DNA of 64,000 nucleotides from Acidimicrobiia bacterium (GTDB lineage Bacteria > Acidobacteriota > Vicinamibacteria > Vicinamibacterales > SCN-69-37), in the NCBI GenBank assembly GCA_045862915.1, contig BTVE01000009.1, positions 20,670-84,669 of the forward strand. Direction: 5' to 3'. This document shows positions 1-15,826 of the stretch, piece after piece (the first letter of the stretch is position 1; each line of letters opens with the position of its first letter). The notes below the pieces were generated by a model. That model was not told the DNA's origin, did no database searches, and was given only the letters and a program-made list of their open reading frames with translations. The position numbers and the translations under genes are program-made.

Positions 1-1
1 C

Positions 2-2557
<2,556 letters not shown>

Positions 2558-2560
2558 CCG

Positions 2561-6760
<4,200 letters not shown>

Positions 6761-6776
6761 TCGGCACTCTAGCAAT

Positions 6777-6801
6777 CGTGGGCTGGACCTTCAGGTCCGG
6801 C
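6777..6801. repeat. Hairpin repeat copy A: CGTGG, 8-bp stem, TTCA loop
   Basis: CGTGG GCTGGACC TTCA GGTCCGGC lies 17 nt after the rpoC stop. It has the same architecture as the two copies at 57299-57353. Confidence 0.6.
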
Positions 6802-6807
6802 GTCAGC

Positions 6808-6843
6808 GGGCGCGGGGGACACCCTCCGCGCCCGTTGTGTTTT
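6808..6843 (+). terminator. Intrinsic terminator of rpoBC
   Basis: GGGCGCGGGGG-ACAC-CCCTCCGCGCCC forms an 11-bp stem with one G-T wobble, followed by GTTGTGTTTT. Confidence 0.65.
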
Positions 6844-7020
6844 CACGGTGAGTCCATCGATCCCGGCGAAATCAGCCGGGTTTGATGTGTACACCGGGAG
6901 GTTGTGCGCGAGGGCCGTGCTGGCGATCAGGGCATCCAACGCTCTCGCTCTGACCTTGCGCCCAGGCCTGCCTGGCCGCACGTTTGTGTCGAGGATGCCT
7001 CGCTCATGGAACGGTCGGCG

Positions 7021-7212
7021 TCACCACGTGTCGTCCAGCACCGCGTCGATGTCTTTTCGGAGCTTGGCCGGGTCGACAGACGGGAGCCGGCGCCATCGTT
7101 CCAATAAGGCGCTGGCGGACAGGGGACGCGCCGTCAACGGCCGCAGTTCAGCGATACCCCGACCGTCGCGTGTAACCACCAGTGATTCGCCGCCGATTAC
7201 GCGATCGAGCAC
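7021..7212 (-). CDS. Phd/YefM-like antitoxin, possibly N-terminally decayed
   Basis: LDRVIGGESLVVTRDGRGIAELRPL matches the Phd/YefM core. The frame stays open upstream to 7299, but the only start codon is the GTG at 7212, so about 15-20 N-terminal residues appear to be missing. Confidence 0.45.
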   Translation of the reverse strand: MLDRVIGGESLVVTRDGRGIAELRPLTARPLSASALLERWRRLPSVDPAKLRKDIDAVLDDTW

Positions 7213-7299
7213 TGCTCCGATACCTGACCCGCGCGGTCGGGCATGCGGATACAGGCGCTTTCGCGCCTGGCCCCAGAGGCACGGGATGTCAGCGTTCGC

Positions 7300-8622
7300 C
7301 TATTTCCTGACCACCACGATCGTGTCGATGCCCATCGGATTACGCCCCGCTGCCGGGGTGTTGGTGAGACTGATTGACAAGGCGTCGATGACGGCGTCGG
7401 GATGCGGATTCACGACCTGCCGAAACGCACCGAACGTGTTCGACAGTTCTCCGGTCACCGTAAACACGGTCGCGCCATTGCGTGTGCCGGTCATGGTGTA
7501 CGGGATGCGCGTGGTGCTCGAGTACAGCTCGGCGGAGAAGAACGTGAACGGGGAGTCTCCGGTGACTTCAAGGCGCCCGGTTTCCGACGTGCCACCGTCA
7601 GCGTAGAACTGAATGAACGGAGCCGGCTGCCCGTAGGTGGTCCTCGCGGCCCATCCACTCGACGTGGTGACCACGGACATTCCGAATTCCGCATACCGCT
7701 CCACCGGCGTGGCGTCGGTCTGAAGGCCCGCGAAGCCGATGGTCGTCGCGCTCGCTGGAGCCGGTGTCCTCGGTGGGGTCGTGGCGTTTGGCGTCAGCCG
7801 CACGGATACCGATTTGTCCGAGTCGAGCGTGACCGATTCGGAGGCCGACTTGAAGCCGGCTGCCGAAACGCTGAGCGTGAGTGCGCCAGCGGTGAGGCTG
7901 TCAAAACGGAAGGCGCCGCCTGCATCTGTCGTGACACTGGTGCCCATGTCAGGGCCATTGTTGACCCGTACCCGGGCACCGGCGATGCCTCCCGAGCCGT
8001 CGGTGACGGTCCCGCTCAAGGCATGACGGGTTGGTGGAGCGGCCGGTGACTCACTGGTCACCAGGGTGTCGAAGCCCATGGGATTACGACCCGTACTGGT
8101 GTTGGTCAGGGCAATCGAAATCGCATCAACGATATCGCCGTGCGGATTGTTGATGGTTCTGAAGGATCCGTACGTGTTGGAGGTCGTGCCGCTCAGCGTG
8201 AAGACGACCGCCGACTGGCGAAGTCCCTTGATGACATACGGAATAGGTGTCGTGCTCGAATAGAGGTCGACTGAGGCGAAATACGTCGGGGCCGGCAGCG
8301 TCACGAGCGCTTCGCCAACGATCGTCTGGCCGGGCTCTGCGAGAAACTGCACGAACGGTGCGGGGTTGCCGTAAGTCGTCCTGGCGCTCCAGCCGCCGGA
8401 CCGCATCAACACCGTAAAACCCGATTCCGCATACGCGGTGACGGCTTCGGCATCAACCGTCAAGCTGGAGAAGGTGAGGCGCCGGCTGTCGGCCACAGCC
8501 GCTCCGCCGGAGACCATCGCGGACACTGACGGCGCGGTTGGTCCGCCGGCCGGATTCTCCGCACACGCGGCCATGGCGGCTGCGACGACTCCACACGCAA
8601 CGAGGAACACCCGATGGGTCAT
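7300..8622 (-). CDS. Secreted, lipoprotein-like protein: two homologous ~140-aa domains flanking a CarboxypepD_reg-like domain
   Basis: I chose the ATG at 8622 because GGAGG lies 8 nt upstream. The signal sequence is MTHRVFLVACGVVAAAMAAC. The central GTVTDGSGGIAGARVRVNNG...AGGAFRFDSLTAGALTLSVSAAGF is carboxypeptidase-regulatory-like. The flanking domains share GW.ARTTYG.PAPF.QF...LYSSTT.IPY...NP.G.DT.V. Confidence 0.75.
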   Translation of the reverse strand: MTHRVFLVACGVVAAAMAACAENPAGGPTAPSVSAMVSGGAAVADSRRLTFSSLTVDAEAVTAYAESGFTVLMRSGGWSARTTYGNPAPFVQFLAEPGQTIVGEALVTLPAPTYFASVDLYSSTTPIPYVIKGLRQSAVVFTLSGTTSNTYGSFRTINNPHGDIVDAISIALTNTSTGRNPMGFDTLVTSESPAAPPTRHALSGTVTDGSGGIAGARVRVNNGPDMGTSVTTDAGGAFRFDSLTAGALTLSVSAAGFKSASESVTLDSDKSVSVRLTPNATTPPRTPAPASATTIGFAGLQTDATPVERYAEFGMSVVTTSSGWAARTTYGQPAPFIQFYADGGTSETGRLEVTGDSPFTFFSAELYSSTTRIPYTMTGTRNGATVFTVTGELSNTFGAFRQVVNPHPDAVIDALSISLTNTPAAGRNPMGIDTIVVVRK

Positions 8623-8779
8623 TGGATAGCCTCCCCTCAGACACCTTAGCGACTTGCTGTGACGGGCGCAACCAGGCGTCCCCATCGGCCGGGACGTCAC
8701 CGTACCCGTGATTCCACTGCACAGCGTCGCGGGCTCAAAACGCTGGTGCAGCCAGACCAGTCGGACACGATGGACCTGT

Positions 8780-9160
8780 CTACACCGGATCGCGTCCCAC
8801 TGCCTGGATCCGCTCGTCGAGTGTCACGAGGTCTGCGCCCAGGGCGCCGGCGAGCCAGACGTAACTCGCATCATAGGCGGTGAGCCCGGTCTCCTGCGCC
8901 ACAAGCACGGCGTCCGTCAGGTTGACGTCGACCCAGGTAATCCCACCGTCATCGAGCGCAGCACGGAGCGCTGTCAGGATGGCGACGCCGGATGCCGGTT
9001 CGCGGCGGGCCTTCTTCCAGGCCACATTCGCGAGTTCAAATTGCAGCAGTGTCGGCGCAAACAGCTCGGCATCGTGCAACAGCGGCTCGATGCGCGCGGC
9101 ATCGGGCTCCCCGAAGATCACGGCCGACAGCGCCGACGCGTCCGGAACAACACGCCTCAC
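8780..9160 (-). CDS. vapC: Type II toxin VapC (PIN domain)
   Basis: 126 aa. Acidic PIN residues lie in VVPDASAL, FELANV, LTAYDASYVWLA and LVTLDERI. There is a 4-nt overlap with the upstream antitoxin. Confidence 0.85.
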   Translation of the reverse strand: MRRVVPDASALSAVIFGEPDAARIEPLLHDAELFAPTLLQFELANVAWKKARREPASGVAILTALRAALDDGGITWVDVNLTDAVLVAQETGLTAYDASYVWLAGALGADLVTLDERIQAVGRDPV

Positions 9161-9396
9161 CGCGTATCCCTCGTCTCACGCACGATCGCCACCGCATCCG
9201 CCGGCGTCGCCAGGCCCAGTGATTCGGCTCGACGCCGGATCCTGGCGGCATCAAAGCGCACGGGCTGGACGGCGGCTTCCAGAATGGACATCAACTCGCC
9301 CTGCAGCGACCGATGGTTGCGGCTGGCTCGTGCCGCCAACGCCCGGGCCAACGGCGCTGGAACGTTCTTGATGGAGAGGCTGGTCGCAGGTTCCAT
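9157..9396 (-). CDS. vapB: Ribbon-helix-helix (Arc/FitA-like) VapB antitoxin
   Basis: The internal ATG at 9396 gives 79 aa: MEPATSLSIKNVPAPLARALAARASRNHRSLQGELMSILEAAV, the typical RHH antitoxin N-terminus. The longer track ORF (to 9612) overlaps the polB 3' end and is rejected. Confidence 0.8.
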   Translation of the reverse strand: MEPATSLSIKNVPAPLARALAARASRNHRSLQGELMSILEAAVQPVRFDAARIRRRAESLGLATPADAVAIVRETRDTR

Positions 9397-9425
9397 TGTG
9401 GTTTCATTGTAGCGCCATAATGGAA

Positions 9426-11717
9426 CTATCCGCAGACTTCCAGCACGGGCCGGATGGTCGCGACATCCCCCGCAAACAGCGAGGGCTGATCGGCGCTGCC
9501 GAACACGACGGCGAAGTCTTCCGCGCTGAACGCACACTGCAGACGGCTGGCGTAAATCTCCGTCAGTAGTCGGATGTAGTGCTCGACGTCGTAGTCGCGC
9601 GCGTCCACCCATGCACGTTCCTGATCCGACAACGACTCGGCGTCCGGGTCGGGCACCACACCCCCGTGCCCACGGAACGTACGATACACGCGCACACGTT
9701 CACCCAGGCGCCAGTCGGTGCGCCCGGCCGCGAGCAGGGCCTCGTACACCAGCTCGCGTCGCTCCCCCCTGACGCGCAGGTAGTCCTCCGGTGACTTGGT
9801 GAGTCGGACGCGGGAGGACACATCCCACGTGCTCAGTGCGCGGCGTCTGAGGTCGGTGACGGCCTCCACGTACGCCGCCCGCACACCCTGTACGTTGCCA
9901 GTCAACAACTCGCGAACCGCGCGCTGGAGGAACGCGGCCGCATACGGCTCCGTGCGGCTGGACCGGAACGCCACGCCACGCAGCAGCAGCCGATCGTCGT
10001 AGGTGAGCAACGCGTAGTTCTTGGGTTCGTGCGACAACATCGCCCGGTAACGCCCCTCGTATTCCAGGTGCACGAGCGGGGGCAACAGTGTCGCCACGTC
10101 GGCCACCAGACGACGTTCGTCGGCCTCTGACCATCCCTCGGGAACGGCAAAGTAGACGCCATCGGTATCGGCTTCGATGAGCTGCACACCACGCAGCCGC
10201 AAGGCATCACAGATCACCGTGAGGGTGTCGCGTCCGCGGCGGGTCACCTCATTGGCCGCGCGCACATCGGCGAACCTGGTGAGTCCTCCGCCGGCAGCCA
10301 TGTAGCCATACGCCGAATTGACGACCAGTTTGATTGCCGCCGACATGGCCTCATGCGCGTGGCGCTCCGCCGATCCGGGCGCCGCCTGGCGCGCCGCTGC
10401 CTTGGCGGCGAGCCGATGCTCCACGAGTTGATCGACGATGGTGAGGAGGACGCCGAGATGATCGCGCGCCGGCCCGATGCGGAACGCGCGCATCAGCGAC
10501 GGGTAGAGGCTTGCGACGTCAGCTTTGACAACCCGGTGGGCGACCCCCGTGGCAAACAGGTGCAGGGCTGCGCCGGTGTGGATGGTGCCGTCGGAATCCT
10601 GGTGCGGCGGCAGCGCAGTCCCCGTACGCAGATACGCCCGCACGAGCAGTGGATCCAGCATGCCGGTCGCGGGGCCCGCATCCGCCAATCGCTCGTAGCG
10701 GCGAGGCACCATCTGCGCGAGCGCAAACGATGCGCCACCCAGCAGGCGAGCCACACCGGCGGCCTCGTCCACGTCTGCGCGCGCGTATCGGCGCACGCGT
10801 TCAGGATCCGCGCGGTACACCCGAAACACGTCATCGCCGCGGATCAGCTCTCGCTCAGGCCCCACAAGGCCCAGGTGTCGCGCCACGGCTTTCAGTCCGT
10901 AACCAGGCAACTCGCGCACGGCGAAGTCGTACGCGCGTGTGGCGTCGAGTGTATCGATCAACTCACGGCCGGGTGCGACGAGCCTCACCCGACGCCCGGA
11001 GCCGTCATCGTCGCGCATGCCGCGCCGCGCAGCCCGACGCCGCAGCCCGAGTCCGGGCACCCGGCCCAGTTGCAATCGGACGCCGAGGACGCGGGCGCGA
11101 TGTTCAAGAAACGGCAGGTCGAACCCGTGCAGGTTGTGATTTTCGATGACGTCCGGATCGGCCGTTCGCACTGTCGACTCGAGTTGTTGCAGCAGGGTTC
11201 GTTCTCCGGCGTCGTCAACCGATGGCGCTTCCAGCAACATCGTGGTGCCGTCGGGGAGACGCACGGCGATCAGAAAAACCCTGTCGCGGCGCGGGTCGAG
11301 CCCCGTCGTTTCAATGTCGAACTGCAGGCGACGCAGGTCGTCGAAGGTCAGGCCGCGGAAGTAGTTCCGGCCGGTCGCGACGAGGTACTGCTCCTCGGGC
11401 GGCAGGTTGAGCACGCGACGTTTGTCAGGAGCCGGCCCGCAGGCGTGCCTGAGTGCTGCGGTGAGCGCGCGGCCGGTGCCCGCGCTGACGTGGAACCGCA
11501 GCGCGCCTGGCCCCTCAAGTTCGTGCCATGTGAGGCCTTCACCCGCGAATGGCTCAACATCGTCAACGATCGCCCACGGCCGGTACTGATCGTCTTCCGC
11601 GCGCAGTGTGCCGTTGATCCGGCGCCAGACGCGCGCGCGTCCGCTGCCGTCCGCCCAGATCGAGACGATGCCGGGAGTTGGGTCCCAACCCCACAGCCAT
11701 TCGTCCTGAATCGACAC
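9426..11717 (-). CDS. polB: Family B DNA polymerase (Pol II-like) with intact 3'-5' exonuclease
   Basis: ExoI FDIETTGL, ExoII NHNLHGFDLPFL, ExoIII YARADVDE. Motif A DVASLYPSLM, motif B KLVVNSAYGYM, motif C IEADTDGVYF. The GTG start shares one base with the stop of the upstream gene (TAGTG). Confidence 0.88.
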   Translation of the reverse strand: MSIQDEWLWGWDPTPGIVSIWADGSGRARVWRRINGTLRAEDDQYRPWAIVDDVEPFAGEGLTWHELEGPGALRFHVSAGTGRALTAALRHACGPAPDKRRVLNLPPEEQYLVATGRNYFRGLTFDDLRRLQFDIETTGLDPRRDRVFLIAVRLPDGTTMLLEAPSVDDAGERTLLQQLESTVRTADPDVIENHNLHGFDLPFLEHRARVLGVRLQLGRVPGLGLRRRAARRGMRDDDGSGRRVRLVAPGRELIDTLDATRAYDFAVRELPGYGLKAVARHLGLVGPERELIRGDDVFRVYRADPERVRRYARADVDEAAGVARLLGGASFALAQMVPRRYERLADAGPATGMLDPLLVRAYLRTGTALPPHQDSDGTIHTGAALHLFATGVAHRVVKADVASLYPSLMRAFRIGPARDHLGVLLTIVDQLVEHRLAAKAAARQAAPGSAERHAHEAMSAAIKLVVNSAYGYMAAGGGLTRFADVRAANEVTRRGRDTLTVICDALRLRGVQLIEADTDGVYFAVPEGWSEADERRLVADVATLLPPLVHLEYEGRYRAMLSHEPKNYALLTYDDRLLLRGVAFRSSRTEPYAAAFLQRAVRELLTGNVQGVRAAYVEAVTDLRRRALSTWDVSSRVRLTKSPEDYLRVRGERRELVYEALLAAGRTDWRLGERVRVYRTFRGHGGVVPDPDAESLSDQERAWVDARDYDVEHYIRLLTEIYASRLQCAFSAEDFAVVFGSADQPSLFAGDVATIRPVLEVCG

Positions 11718-12991
11718 TACTTCTCTTTCAGCAGCTTTTCGATCAGGCGCGCGAGTGCCGGCTCGTTCGCATCGTCGTACCCGACCATGATCAGGCGGAT
11801 GCGGCCGTGACGATCGATGATGTGGATCTGCGGGATCCCACCAACCTCGTAGGCGGCGTCGTTGGGGTTGTCAAAGTGGGTGTACGTGCCGTCGGCATTG
11901 CGCACCGAGGGCTTGCGCTGGTTCTCGACGGCGATGGGCACCGACAGCCCTTCCTTCGCGAAGTACTCACGGTCGCGTGCGAACTCGTCATCGGCCGAGA
12001 TGCCGCGATCGGTGCCGAAGTATCCGTACAGCTCCGTCGCAAACACGGCGCGGAATCCCTGTGGGCCGTACTTGGCAAGCAGGCGCTTGATGCCCGGGTA
12101 ACTCTCCTTGCAGGGGCCGCACCAGTGCGCGGTGAACTCGAGCAGTGTCACGGCGCCGGTCATCGGGAGCGTGGTATTCGGATCGGCGTTCAGCCATCGC
12201 GGCGCAGAGATCGGCGCGCCAATCGTTCCGACCAGCGCGTAACGCGCCACTACGGGGTCGAGCATCTCCGAGGCGTTCCGGATGTCGGCCCACTGCTGCT
12301 TTGCTGACTGCAGCAGCGCACGAGCGCGGTCGGTATCGCCCTGACCGGCCCAGGCTTCGGCCATGTTGATATGCGCGCTCACCACAATGGAGCCGAACTG
12401 GCTGCGCTGTGCCGGCGTGAACGTCTTGGCGCGATTGATGATCCACGTCGAGTGTTTGATGATGCCGGCATCGATGTCGTCGCCGCGGTAGTAGCCGTTC
12501 AGGCGTGAGTGCACCGCCATCTGCTGGCCGAGCAGGTCACCAGGTAACTGGTCGAGTGCGTCCGCCCAGGCTTCGAGGCGTGCATTTCGGGCATCCGATT
12601 TGGGTTCAAGTAGTCCCGCCGCAATCGCCTGCTCCAGCACCTGCGCGCGAATGGGTGCGGGCATCGTGCGGGATGCGAGCGCCCTGGTCACGGCTGCTGA
12701 CGCCAACTCAGGCTGACCGGCTTCGCCATACAGTGAGATGAGCGCCGGCATGTCCGCGTCGGTCGCGCGGTCGAGCGCAAACTGCGCCGCACACGTTTTG
12801 GCCATGGCCCGCTTCTCTGCGTCGATCCGCCGCACATCATCAGCGGTGATGGAGCGTGCGAGCGCCTGCTGCGCGGTGCGCACGTAGGTGCGCGCCTGGG
12901 TGAGACACCCGTCCGGTGTGGCAGGTTGCGGGGTCTGCGGCTGAGCCGGGTGGGCCAGCAGCGTCACAAACATCACGGTGGGGATGAACAT
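11717..12991 (-). CDS. TlpA-like periplasmic thiol-disulfide oxidoreductase with a long helical N-terminal domain
   Basis: Signal peptide MFIPTVMFVTLLAHPAQP. The C-terminal thioredoxin fold carries LLEFTAHWCGPCKESYPG. Confidence 0.8.
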   Translation of the reverse strand: MFIPTVMFVTLLAHPAQPQTPQPATPDGCLTQARTYVRTAQQALARSITADDVRRIDAEKRAMAKTCAAQFALDRATDADMPALISLYGEAGQPELASAAVTRALASRTMPAPIRAQVLEQAIAAGLLEPKSDARNARLEAWADALDQLPGDLLGQQMAVHSRLNGYYRGDDIDAGIIKHSTWIINRAKTFTPAQRSQFGSIVVSAHINMAEAWAGQGDTDRARALLQSAKQQWADIRNASEMLDPVVARYALVGTIGAPISAPRWLNADPNTTLPMTGAVTLLEFTAHWCGPCKESYPGIKRLLAKYGPQGFRAVFATELYGYFGTDRGISADDEFARDREYFAKEGLSVPIAVENQRKPSVRNADGTYTHFDNPNDAAYEVGGIPQIHIIDRHGRIRLIMVGYDDANEPALARLIEKLLKEK

Positions 12992-12993
12992 GT

Positions 12994-14871
12994 CTACTCC
13001 TGCAGGCCTCTCTGAAGGAACGCCACAAAACGCGCGCGGTCGCGGGTGAGTCCGCCAAACGCGACGACCGGTGTGCCGGTCGGTTGCAGCACGGCGTAAT
13101 AGGGCAGAGCCACCGTGCCAAACACCTCTCGCTGCATCTGCTGGAATCGTGTGTAGGTCTCGCCGACGCCGTCAGTGTACAGCCGCACCCGCACGAACCG
13201 GGACAGCGCCTGCTCGACCTCAGGCTCGGTGAACATGTTGGCTTCCATCCAGCGGCAGTTGGTGCACGTGTAGCCGGTGAAGTCGACCAGCACCGGCTGG
13301 CCGGTCTGTCGAGCGGCGGTCAACGCGGCCTCGTAGTCGTTGACAATCCACGCCAGTTCGCCGTGCTGGCCACCGCCGAGGTCTCCCGGCGGCAGGAACG
13401 CTTCGAGTTCTCCCAGACGACGGCCAGCCAGGCCGGAGGCCAGATACACCGCGAGGACTGCCGTGAGCGCGGTGCCTGCGAGGCGCAGTGCGCCTGGCCG
13501 GCTCAACCGTGGCGCATGGCCAAGACGCAGTACACCCGCGAGGTAGGCCACCAGCACGAGTGCCAGCAGCGTCCAGGCAGTGAGCACGACCGGACGCGTG
13601 AAGATGCCCCAGTTCCAGATCAGGTCCACATTCGAGAGGAACTTGAACGCAGCCGCCAGTTCAAGCAGGCCCATGACCGCCTTTACCGAGAGCAGCCATC
13701 CGCCTGCGCGCGGTAACTGCGCCAGCCGATGTGGCGCCCACGCAAGCACAACAAACGGGATGGCAAACACCGACGCAAACGTCACCAGTCCTGCCAAAGG
13801 CCACTGCCAGTCGCCGGCCGCCGCCACCACAAGCAACGTCCCCAGGAACGGCGCCGTGCACGTGAACGACGTCAGCGTGAAGGCGAGGGCCATCAGGAGG
13901 GTGCCCGCCACGCGACCACGCCCCCGTTCGGCGCCCGACGCGCGCGTGAGCCACGACGAAGGCAGCGTCAGGTTGAACACGCCAAACAGGCTCAGCGCAA
14001 ACGTCAGGAACAACGCCGTGATCGCAAGGTTGAGCCATGGATTCGCGGCGAACTGATTGAGGCCGGCCGCGCCAAATCCCAGGGCGATGACCAGCCCGAC
14101 CCCGGCAAACGTCAGCACGATGCCCGCGCCGTACAACAGCGCGTCGCTGACGGCCGTCCGGGATCCGCGCTCCGCGCGCGCGGTGAAATACGACACCGTG
14201 ATGGGCACCATCGGGAAGACACACGGTGTCAGCAGCGACAGCGCGCCCATCAGTGCCGCCAGCGCGAGGTATCCCGCCAGGCTGGTCGCAGCGCTCGACG
14301 CCGCCATGTCCTCGACATTGGCGGTGCCGCTGCCCGCAACGACGGCCCCTGATGCCACGGTGACTGTCGCGTCCGCACCGGTGCCGGGCACACGCAGCGC
14401 AATCGTCACCGTGTCGGTCACCGCGGGCAGGCAGAAACGATCGGTGCATGTCTGATACGTCAGCGTCACCGTGCCGGTGACCACGCCGGACCCGTCGGCC
14501 GGGATCGAGAGGGGCACATAAAACGTGGCCGCCTCGGTATGTGAGTGTGTGTCGATGTTGAAGTTGGGATCAGGCGCGATGAATGGCAGCGGCCCGATGG
14601 GGGCGCCAAAAAGCGCGAGCGGAGACTGTGCCGGCGTGGCGATGACCAGGGGCTGCGGGCCGCCGGGCTCCTGCGTCAACGCGTACAACTTCCATCCGGG
14701 TTCGATCGTGGCGTCGAGGACCAGTTCCGTCGTGCCGCCTGCGGTGACCGGCGCGGTGGCGTCCACCGCACCCTTCCAGGTCACCACCTGCTGCGCAGCC
14801 GCGGACGTGGCATGAGCGAACAGCAGCACGGCCACGAAGATCCGGATCCCGCCAATGCGCATGCTGCGCAT
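12994..14871 (-). CDS. dsbD: Thiol:disulfide interchange protein DsbD-like
   Basis: N-terminal periplasmic domain (YQTCTDRFCLP). Membrane core with LLTPCVFPMVPIT and SFTCTAPFLG. C-terminal thioredoxin DFTGYTCTNCRWME. Confidence 0.85.
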   Translation of the reverse strand: MRSMRIGGIRIFVAVLLFAHATSAAAQQVVTWKGAVDATAPVTAGGTTELVLDATIEPGWKLYALTQEPGGPQPLVIATPAQSPLALFGAPIGPLPFIAPDPNFNIDTHSHTEAATFYVPLSIPADGSGVVTGTVTLTYQTCTDRFCLPAVTDTVTIALRVPGTGADATVTVASGAVVAGSGTANVEDMAASSAATSLAGYLALAALMGALSLLTPCVFPMVPITVSYFTARAERGSRTAVSDALLYGAGIVLTFAGVGLVIALGFGAAGLNQFAANPWLNLAITALFLTFALSLFGVFNLTLPSSWLTRASGAERGRGRVAGTLLMALAFTLTSFTCTAPFLGTLLVVAAAGDWQWPLAGLVTFASVFAIPFVVLAWAPHRLAQLPRAGGWLLSVKAVMGLLELAAAFKFLSNVDLIWNWGIFTRPVVLTAWTLLALVLVAYLAGVLRLGHAPRLSRPGALRLAGTALTAVLAVYLASGLAGRRLGELEAFLPPGDLGGGQHGELAWIVNDYEAALTAARQTGQPVLVDFTGYTCTNCRWMEANMFTEPEVEQALSRFVRVRLYTDGVGETYTRFQQMQREVFGTVALPYYAVLQPTGTPVVAFGGLTRDRARFVAFLQRGLQE

Positions 14872-14889
14872 TGTGGCACGTATGACCGG

Positions 14890-15804
14890 TTATGGCCGAT
14901 CGCAGATCAGGGTGAGGTAGTCCTGCGCTTCGGCGAGGGTGACCGCCGATGTCGCGTCGGACAGCAGCACGAGGTCATGACCGTCCAAGTAGCGTGTGCG
15001 GAATCCGAGGGTAGTCAGCTCGCCAAGGAACGCAGCCGGGTCCGTGCCAAGCGTGCGCAGCCCGTGCGGCCAGAACTCGAGGATCATCACCAGACCTGGA
15101 TGTGACGTCAGTACCGTGCGACCGCCCCTGATGATCTGCCCCTCGGCGCCCTGGGCATCCATCTTGATGACGTCGATCCGCTGGCCGGGCCGTTCGGCAA
15201 AGTAGGCGTCGAGTGTGGTGGTGGGCACAGTGACCGCACCACCTTCGCCGTGCTGGACATTCTGCGCGGAGACCGAGTGCGCGCCGAAGTTGCCTTCCGA
15301 GAGGAACAGCGTCAGCGTTCCCACCTCGTCGGACACGGCCACGGGCACGGCCGTGACGTTGGTGAACCCGTTGATCGTCGCGTGGTTGGCCAGCAACTCG
15401 AAGTTGCGTGGCGATGGCTCGAAGGCGAAGACGTGGCCCTGGGGGCCCACCCGCTGCGCCGCCAACATCGCGTGATAGCCGAAGTTCGCGCCAATGTCGA
15501 CGAGGACGCTGCCGGGTGACAGGAACCCGAGGATCAAGTCCCGTTCCTCGGGTTCCCATTCACCGTAGGTCAGCAGATTGCGGGCGACTACTTCGTCCTG
15601 GCTGTCCAACTGCCACGTCAGTCCCTGCGCCTGGATGCGCATCATCCCGCGCGGGCGCAGCACCGCGTAGAACGGCGCTCGCAGCACCTGGTAGACCCGC
15701 TTGTACACCGGTCCAATTCCCAGGCGATTGGCGGTCTGTTGTGCGGCCAGCGTGAGGCGCCGGAGGCGCGCAAACACAGCCAGCTTCAGCGACGGTGACG
15801 ACAC
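14890..15804 (-). CDS. FkbM-family SAM-dependent methyltransferase
   Basis: VLVDIGANFGYHAMLAA...VFAFEPSPRNFELL...IDVIKMDAQGAEG is typical of the FkbM family. Confidence 0.75.
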   Translation of the reverse strand: MSSPSLKLAVFARLRRLTLAAQQTANRLGIGPVYKRVYQVLRAPFYAVLRPRGMMRIQAQGLTWQLDSQDEVVARNLLTYGEWEPEERDLILGFLSPGSVLVDIGANFGYHAMLAAQRVGPQGHVFAFEPSPRNFELLANHATINGFTNVTAVPVAVSDEVGTLTLFLSEGNFGAHSVSAQNVQHGEGGAVTVPTTTLDAYFAERPGQRIDVIKMDAQGAEGQIIRGGRTVLTSHPGLVMILEFWPHGLRTLGTDPAAFLGELTTLGFRTRYLDGHDLVLLSDATSAVTLAEAQDYLTLICDRP

Positions 15805-15826
15805 CGTCGCAGTCTACACCGTTGCG

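Larger units (their letters stand above)
6769..7020 (-). pseudogene. PIN-domain VapC toxin remnant with an internal deletion and no start codon
   Basis: In frame directly after the antitoxin TGA, the minus strand reads RRPFHERGILDTNVRPGRPGRKVRARALDALIASTALAHNLPVYTSNPADFAGIDGL. The PIN N-terminal ILDTNV motif is joined after about 12 aa to the PIN C-terminal DALIA..TxNxxDF block. About 75 aa of core is missing, and no ATG/GTG/TTG precedes ILDTNV. Confidence 0.7.

Noticed and set aside
6816-6826. Shared 9-mer GGACACCCT and a GGCACT(C)TAG motif near both borders of the rpoC-rpsL block (6764-6826 and 40263-40276) as possible att sites.
   Set aside because: The matches are too short to be significant in 64 kb of GC-rich DNA, and their relative positions do not fit a simple insertion.
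6848-7606. 252-aa plus-strand ORF across the toxin-antitoxin remnant and the 3' end of the secreted-protein gene.
   Set aside because: It overlaps better-supported minus-strand features and is Ser/Arg/Pro-rich with no motifs.
9426-11717. polB as the core of a pipolin or casposon-like self-synthesising mobile element.
   Set aside because: I could not see an integrase, Cas1, terminal inverted repeats or flanking direct repeats. The gene is translationally coupled to a host-type tlpA gene.
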